Notes under the pieces: model-generated | Databases searched by the model: none | Told to the model about the DNA's origin: nothing | What the model saw: the letters and a program-made list of their open reading frames with translations, nothing else | Shown: piece by piece, positions 58,719 to 64,000 of the stretch | How positions within the stretch are numbered: the stretch's first letter is position 1 | Layout: the number at the start of each line of letters is the position of its first letter | From: Bdellovibrionales bacterium | GTDB lineage: Bacteria; Bdellovibrionota; Bdellovibrionia; Bdellovibrionales; UBA1609 | NCBI GenBank assembly: GCA_965199825.1 | Contig: OZ241329.1 | Location: 1,984,001-2,048,000, forward strand | Length of the DNA stretch: 64,000 bases | Direction: 5' to 3' | Position numbers and translations under genes: made by a program

Positions 58719-59299
58719 TTGCACTTGATGGCGATTGCGTTTGGCGAATCGGTCGCTGTCCAAACGGTTGCACCGCTACAATAACTTCCGGGGCCTGAGC
58801 ACGTTTGTGAGGTCCAATTTCCACCGACATACATGTAGTAATATCCCCAGCAATCTTGATTGATGGGTGTGGTCTGACGAAGACATGGATAGTTGCTGCC
58901 AACGGGCTGTTGATTCGAAGAATAAAAGCAGCTGCCCGGAGTCATCGAGTAGTAAGCTTGGTTTGAAGGCACACAATATTTTGCAGGCACCGGTGCATTG
59001 ATAAATGTGTCCATGCAGTTGAGGCCGGCAAATTTGAATGGATTGCTGTTGCAATAGGTGTTGTCTACCACGACGTATGTTTCGCGGCTTAAACACTGCG
59101 AACCATTCTGATAAAAATATTTAGAGTTGTAGGTTTGATTTTGGCAAGACGTCACATTCGGCGCGAGATTGCCATTCTGATCACTGCAGTATCCATTTTG
59201 TGATATCGAAAAGCCGTTGTTGCTTGCCGTATTTGATGACGACGTGCTCGTACAACAGACTAAACCAAATAGACCTAATGACAATATTAAAGCTTTCAT
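58715..59299 (-). CDS. Cys-rich repeat putative lipoprotein
   Basis: MKALILSLGLFGLVCC, a Ser/Thr linker, then four ~24-aa two-Cys repeats. Confidence 0.75.
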   Translation of the reverse strand: MKALILSLGLFGLVCCTSTSSSNTASNNGFSISQNGYCSDQNGNLAPNVTSCQNQTYNSKYFYQNGSQCLSRETYVVVDNTYCNSNPFKFAGLNCMDTFINAPVPAKYCVPSNQAYYSMTPGSCFYSSNQQPVGSNYPCLRQTTPINQDCWGYYYMYVGGNWTSQTCSGPGSYCSGATVWTATDSPNAIAIKCN

Positions 59300-59642
59300 A
59301 ATCTTTACCCTCTGATCCCTATCAAGCATGATCAGTGCCACCTGTATTCGTTTTTAGTTTACCTGATTACACGAAGTGACGTTTCGCGGCTGACGGGGTG
59401 GACGAGATTTGGCTGGGTCGCGGTTGGGTTGATCGGTTGGGTTGGGCTGAGGTGAGGTTCTGGTTGGGGTTGTCTGTTTGGTCCACGATTGTAGAGCGTA
59501 AAAGTATTGAGCATTTGAGCTGCGGCGGGGGCTCGTCACTAAGGCCGTTGAGTTTGGTGAGGGCAGGAAAGCTTGGGGATTTAAAAGGCTTTTATAGGAC
59601 ATCAGCTGTACTTTTATCTCATCAAATTGGCACAGACCTGAT

Positions 59643-60056
59643 TCAAAAAAATGACACTGCCCAAAATAAAATAGAATTTATTTATTAGAATTCGGTAATG
59701 CAGTTAATTGATCAGACTCTCGGTTGCTAATTGAAGAGACGAAGTTTTTTGTGTGTATCACAAATGCCGGTCGTTTTCATTTCGACAAATGACACTGCCC
59801 CAACAAAGATTTGTTTTCGCAATATCGGTGTCTGAATCAATTTGGTTAAGCGTTATAATGTTAGCTTCTCTACGAGTGAAAATATTTAATTAAATTTACT
59901 TCAAAGATTTCGGCTGTCATACAGTGAGCGATGTTTCTAAATCGACAAATACAACTGCCCAACATATTTTTGATTTCAACTGTAATTCAGCGAGCCACAT
60001 CGGTAATTCACAATTCAACAATTGACACTGCCCCAGCATAAAATAATATTTATTTA
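59643..60056 (+). repeat. Four degenerate direct repeats with core (A)CAAATGACACTGCCC
   Basis: GACACTGCCC at 59653, 59791 and 60024; ACAACTGCCC at 59951; AT-rich non-coding DNA upstream of the transposase. Confidence 0.75.
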
Positions 60057-60103
60057 CATAAAATCAATTGATTTTATTGACCTAAAAATTTATAAAATTA
60101 GAT

Positions 60104-60703
60104 ATGGAGCAGCAAGATTTCTTCAAGTCAAATAGACGCAAAAGCTACGGTGGCGAAACAATCGGTGTCCGTAAAAAAGCGAGACCGCTCGACAATAAAA
60201 AGTTGCATCATATAGTTATGAGATCTCAATTCGCGGTAGGACGGCACAGCTTTAAGTCTGCTCATCATCAAATGAGATTAAAAAAATTAATTTTTGATAA
60301 AGCTAAACTCTACTATGTGAGCATTGCTGAGTTTAGCAATGTGGGAAATCATTTTCATCTCTTAGTGAAGTTTCAAAAGCGCCACTTGGTACAAAACTTT
60401 TTTAGAGTTGTTTTGGGTTTGATTGCTCGCATTGTGGTCGGCGCCCAAAAAGGGAAAAAGTTTGGAAAGTTTTGGGATGGTTTGGTGTTCACCCGAGTAG
60501 TATCTAAAGGAAGGGATGAAGCTCGTATCTTTGATTATTTAACAGCAAACAACATCCAGGCCGAAGTGGGAGACAAGGCTCGACATGATTTCGAACGGCG
60601 ACAAAAAATGCTGTGGAAATTATGGTTTACAAGGGTTGGTCAGGTTTCACGGCCTCAAAGACGTAATGTTGATTGCCAAGATCAAATGAATTTTTCAGTT
60701 TAA
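60104..60703 (+). mobile_element. HUH Y1 transposase (IS200/RAYT-like), no adjacent tnpB
   Basis: HHIVMRS, F.NVGNHFHLLV (HUH), KFW....FTRVV and a candidate catalytic Tyr in FDYL..N. Confidence 0.8.
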
Positions 60704-61917
60704 CGGTTCACACCAATCGTTTGGCGGACGAGGCGCAAGCGACAGCGATCGATCGGAACTCTCAAGTTTTTATATTCTGGTAATAAAAACGGACGGTAGC
60801 GCTCGGGTAAAAGACCGATGCGCAAAAGATGCGAATTAAAGTTTTCGATTTTCTGGCATGCACCCAAAAGTTCTTTGGGCGGGCGAAGGGCAATAAGATC
60901 TTTGCGCTGACGCAAAAATTCCATTTTGTGAACGAAATAGGTGATCCAGAGTTCGGTTTCGTCAATCGACAAAAGCCCTGGAATGCGGCGCCACTCAATA
61001 GTAGAACTAAATTTTTTTGAAGAAGGATTTTTAATCAGACGCGGCATTATCGAGGTTCCTCCGTACTGCCGGATATGGTCTTCATAAAAATGGAGCAGTC
61101 CAAAATGCATCATTTCAATGATCTGCAGACCCATTTGGTCTTTAATTATTTCAATGGTTAAATGCTCATTTCTAAATTTGTGATCTCGTCCTAATATTTC
61201 AAAACCAAATTGTCTTGAAGATGATTGAATTTCTTGAGGGGACAAAACTCGTGGTTGCCTTTGCCATTCCAAAATGAGGGGATCAATCACATCTTGGATA
61301 AATCGAAAGATCTTACCAAGCTCTTCGTGAGTCGAAAGGGTCCGACACTCAATATCTTCGCCGACCATTTCGTAGAACCTTTGTTGAGCCAGTTCGTCGG
61401 CCCAAAAATTTCGGTAAAAGAGAGGATTATTTTTAAAGGCGGCATCCACATCGAGATGAAAATGGTGCATTCCCCAATTTCTCATGGGCCAGAGTCCCAC
61501 ACTTCGAGGCACATCAAATAAAAAATGTTTAAATTGAGGTTTAAGTCTTTTAAAATGCTCAGCAAAAAACGGCGCTTTAGTGATTTCGATCACGTGGGCA
61601 TCGTATTTATAAAAGGTCACAAAATCGCCCAAAATAATTTGGACCCCTGGCCGATTTCGACCATCGGTTAACAATTTACTGCGCGTGTAGGATGACGGAC
61701 TAAACAATTCATAAATTTTTTTAAAATAAACCTCGTGTTCAGGAATCCACTCGATAGGAATTTTTCGACTGTTGCGAATCAGTTCGCGCACTTCACTCCT
61801 AAATTGAGATTCAATTAAATCTTTTGAAGTGGCAGTGGCTTCGAGACCTAGCAGATAACGATTTGGAGGAATTTCAAGAGCAAAGGATTGAAAAAGAAAT
61901 AAGAAGATGAGGCCCAT
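60700..61917 (-). CDS. Secreted amidoligase/GCS-fold-like protein, paralog A
   Basis: Signal peptide ending SFA; LGLEAT, VIEITKAP, WGMHHFH and TIEWRRIPG. Confidence 0.6.
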   Translation of the reverse strand: MGLIFLFLFQSFALEIPPNRYLLGLEATATSKDLIESQFRSEVRELIRNSRKIPIEWIPEHEVYFKKIYELFSPSSYTRSKLLTDGRNRPGVQIILGDFVTFYKYDAHVIEITKAPFFAEHFKRLKPQFKHFLFDVPRSVGLWPMRNWGMHHFHLDVDAAFKNNPLFYRNFWADELAQQRFYEMVGEDIECRTLSTHEELGKIFRFIQDVIDPLILEWQRQPRVLSPQEIQSSSRQFGFEILGRDHKFRNEHLTIEIIKDQMGLQIIEMMHFGLLHFYEDHIRQYGGTSIMPRLIKNPSSKKFSSTIEWRRIPGLLSIDETELWITYFVHKMEFLRQRKDLIALRPPKELLGACQKIENFNSHLLRIGLLPERYRPFLLPEYKNLRVPIDRCRLRLVRQTIGVNR

Positions 61918-62057
61918 ACTTTGACGTATCGAAAGAGCGCTCTCGTGTTCAACTTTAATTCATCGGATTGCATTCTATTTAGTATTTGTAAGAACTTGAG
62001 GCGCTATATTGGTGTCGAACAGCTAGAGGCAAAGGAAATCAGCCATATTCCTATTGA

Positions 62058-63299
62058 TTAAAAAAATTGTTCGGGCAATTTGATTTCGAGGTTACGCCTG
62101 CAAATATCGATGGGTACTCTCAAGTACTGATACTCAGGCAACAGGAAAGTCCGATAGTCTTCGGGCAATAAACCAATCTGCATCAAGTGGAAATTAAAAA
62201 ATTCAATTTTTTGTTTAGCATCCGACAGGGTGAGAGGTGGACGAAGGTACAAAAGTCCTTTGTGTTTTCTTATATATTCCATCTTTTTGATAAGATAGTT
62301 GAACCAGAGCTCGACCTCATCCACGTTTTTAAGTCCCGGAATTCGGCGCCACTCAATCGTTTTTCGAAGTGGAAGAGATCCAAAAGGTTCAACCCCGATG
62401 TTTCTTGGTATGGTCGACCACACACGGGCTGCATGGTGTTGGGTGATCATAATGTAGGTGAGACCCTCGTGAAGGAGGCGAATGATTTGTTGACCCATTA
62501 TATTTTTAATAATCTTTAGCCCAAAGTTTTTTTCTTTTTTAGTTCGATTAACTTTTAACCAATCGGACTCAAGGTATTTAAATTTGGGAAAGAGCAGCTT
62601 AATTTCATCTTTCTCTTTTTTTGATAAAATTCTCGGTGCTCTTTTCCATTCTATAATCAAAGGATCAATCACATTTTTGATAAATTCGGAGACCACCGCC
62701 CATTCTAAATGAACATCGAGGGTGCGAGCTTCAATATTTTCACCTACCAACTCAAAAAAGAATTGTTGTGATAATTCATAAACCCAAAAGTTACGGTAAA
62801 ATAGCGGATCATGATCAAAGGCAAAATCCACATCCATTTGAAAGTGATGCATCCCCCAATTTCTCAAAGGCCAAAGACCGACGCTTTGAGGAACATCAAA
62901 CATGTATGTCTTAATTTTCGGCTTTATTGCGTAAAAGTTTTCAGCTTGGAAGGGCAGCATTGTGCTTTCGATGACATGCGGATCAAACTTATAAAAAATC
63001 TGATTCTCTTTATCAAGAATTCTTACGCCAGGTCGCTTTCGATTATCCCACTTTAATTTGCTTCTGGTGTAAGGGTAAGGGTCAAACAGATCATAAATTC
63101 TTTTAAAATAAACTTCATGTTCGGGAATGAGTTCGATCGGGATTTGTTCTCCTTCACGAATCCGTTCTCTGAGTTCCTCACCTATTCGCGACTGCATTAA
63201 GCTTGTGGAGGTGTGTGTGGTCTCGAATCCCAAATAATACCGATCGGGCGGGATTTCGATTGCAAAGCAGCTAAATAAAAAGAGTAGGATTGGAAACAC
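62058..63299 (-). CDS. Secreted amidoligase/GCS-fold-like protein, paralog B
   Basis: Signal peptide ending CFA; LGFETT, VIESTMLP, WGMHHFQ and TIEWRRIPG; clearly homologous to paralog A. Confidence 0.6.
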   Translation of the reverse strand: MFPILLFLFSCFAIEIPPDRYYLGFETTHTSTSLMQSRIGEELRERIREGEQIPIELIPEHEVYFKRIYDLFDPYPYTRSKLKWDNRKRPGVRILDKENQIFYKFDPHVIESTMLPFQAENFYAIKPKIKTYMFDVPQSVGLWPLRNWGMHHFQMDVDFAFDHDPLFYRNFWVYELSQQFFFELVGENIEARTLDVHLEWAVVSEFIKNVIDPLIIEWKRAPRILSKKEKDEIKLLFPKFKYLESDWLKVNRTKKEKNFGLKIIKNIMGQQIIRLLHEGLTYIMITQHHAARVWSTIPRNIGVEPFGSLPLRKTIEWRRIPGLKNVDEVELWFNYLIKKMEYIRKHKGLLYLRPPLTLSDAKQKIEFFNFHLMQIGLLPEDYRTFLLPEYQYLRVPIDICRRNLEIKLPEQFF

Positions 63300-63355
63300 A
63301 TTTTGGAATATCGAACATCAAAGTGTTTCGACAATCGAAATATCGATTTTGCAGT

Positions 63356-64000
63356 TTATTTATAGTTCGCAGGCTGACGCTGCGACAGCCGCACGCCACC
63401 GATATACTTCGAAAAAAATTCGGCGGCCAACTGTGAGGAACGAACTCGCCAAAGTTTTTCATGAACTGCAACTGCGGCGAATGCAATTTTTTGATCTTGG
63501 TATTTTAGGTAGCCCACAAACCAATCGGTTCGTCCACGAGGTTGGAGGCAGGTGAGGCTTCCGGTTTTACCACCCATATCGGCATCCTGAAAATGACTGC
63601 GCAACAGTTTTCGAAAGGCCTTATGGCTTGTGCCGCGCTCAACCGTGTTGCGCATCAGCTCTCGGACCATCTCGGCAGTTTCGGTTTTCATGGTGAGACT
63701 CATCATGCGCGGCTTTGCTTCATATAAAACCTGGCCGCTCGCAGATTTTAGCGATTTGACCAAATAGGGCTCCATCATTATACCATCGTTCACAACCGAA
63801 GCTGCCATAAGAGCACCTTGAACGGGGCTGAGCGTTGTATGATGGTTGTAGCCCGAGGCGGCTTCGGCTACCGAAAATAAATCTTCGGCTTGAACTTTTG
63901 CGATGCTTGCAATTGAGGACTCCACACCAAAATCCGAAAGTACGACCTTATTGAATTGAAATCGTTCGGCATACTTTGCGAGACCTTCAGTCCCCACCTT
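63356..64000 (-). CDS. Penicillin-binding protein transpeptidase domain (start lies beyond the window)
   Basis: SPVQGA.M...V.NDG.M.EPY, MRNTVERGT, GGKTGS and DWFVGY. Confidence 0.88.
   Translation of the reverse strand, partial: KVGTEGLAKYAERFQFNKVVLSDFGVESSIASIAKVQAEDLFSVAEAASGYNHHTTLSPVQGALMAASVVNDGIMMEPYLVKSLKSASGQVLYEAKPRMMSLTMKTETAEMVRELMRNTVERGTSHKAFRKLLRSHFQDADMGGKTGSLTCLQPRGRTDWFVGYLKYQDQKIAFAAVAVHEKLWRVRSSQLAAEFFSKYIGGVRLSQRQPANYK

Noticed and set aside
59354..59688. ORFs 59354..59602 (-) and 59398..59688 (+)
   Set aside because: Low-complexity translations caused by the G/T-skewed tract; no recognisable motifs
59643..60056. Repeat array as a CRISPR
   Set aside because: Only four short degenerate copies, irregular 73-160 bp spacing and no cas genes in the window

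Overview
Bacterial chromosomal window. Gene style (many signal-peptide orphans, PilZ and cNMP signalling proteins, RNase Y, a Y1 transposase) suggests a Bdellovibrionota-like predatory bacterium; this taxonomy is inferred, not tested. Housekeeping content: ppx divergent from pstSCAB-phoU-phoB-phoR, nrnA, greA, sohB, mutM, trmO, rpsD, rpmE2, beta-oxidation genes (fadE, an AidB-like ACAD, a thiolase, ETF-QO), pip, rny, pdxH, a ROK kinase, HIT, ppk1, a patatin and a partial PBP. No rRNA, tRNA or CRISPR array was recognised. The strongest candidate for an undescribed system is an overlapping three-gene operon at 44054-51798 behind a sigma-54-type promoter. It encodes a ClpB/Hsp100-like AAA+ protein whose N-domain is replaced by a signal peptide and whose second ring has lost its Walker motifs, followed by two large exported proteins with membrane-inserting hydrophobic helices; this may be an exported unfoldase plus pore. 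Other accessory signals: a C-terminal C-x3-L motif shared by otherwise unrelated secreted proteins, a ~70-aa repeat family, two exported amidoligase-like paralogs, an exported transglutaminase-like protein, a single-chain MurQ-like pseudo-dimer, and a Y1 transposase preceded by four degenerate direct repeats and a G-rich tract. All family assignments come from reading motifs by eye; no searches were run.
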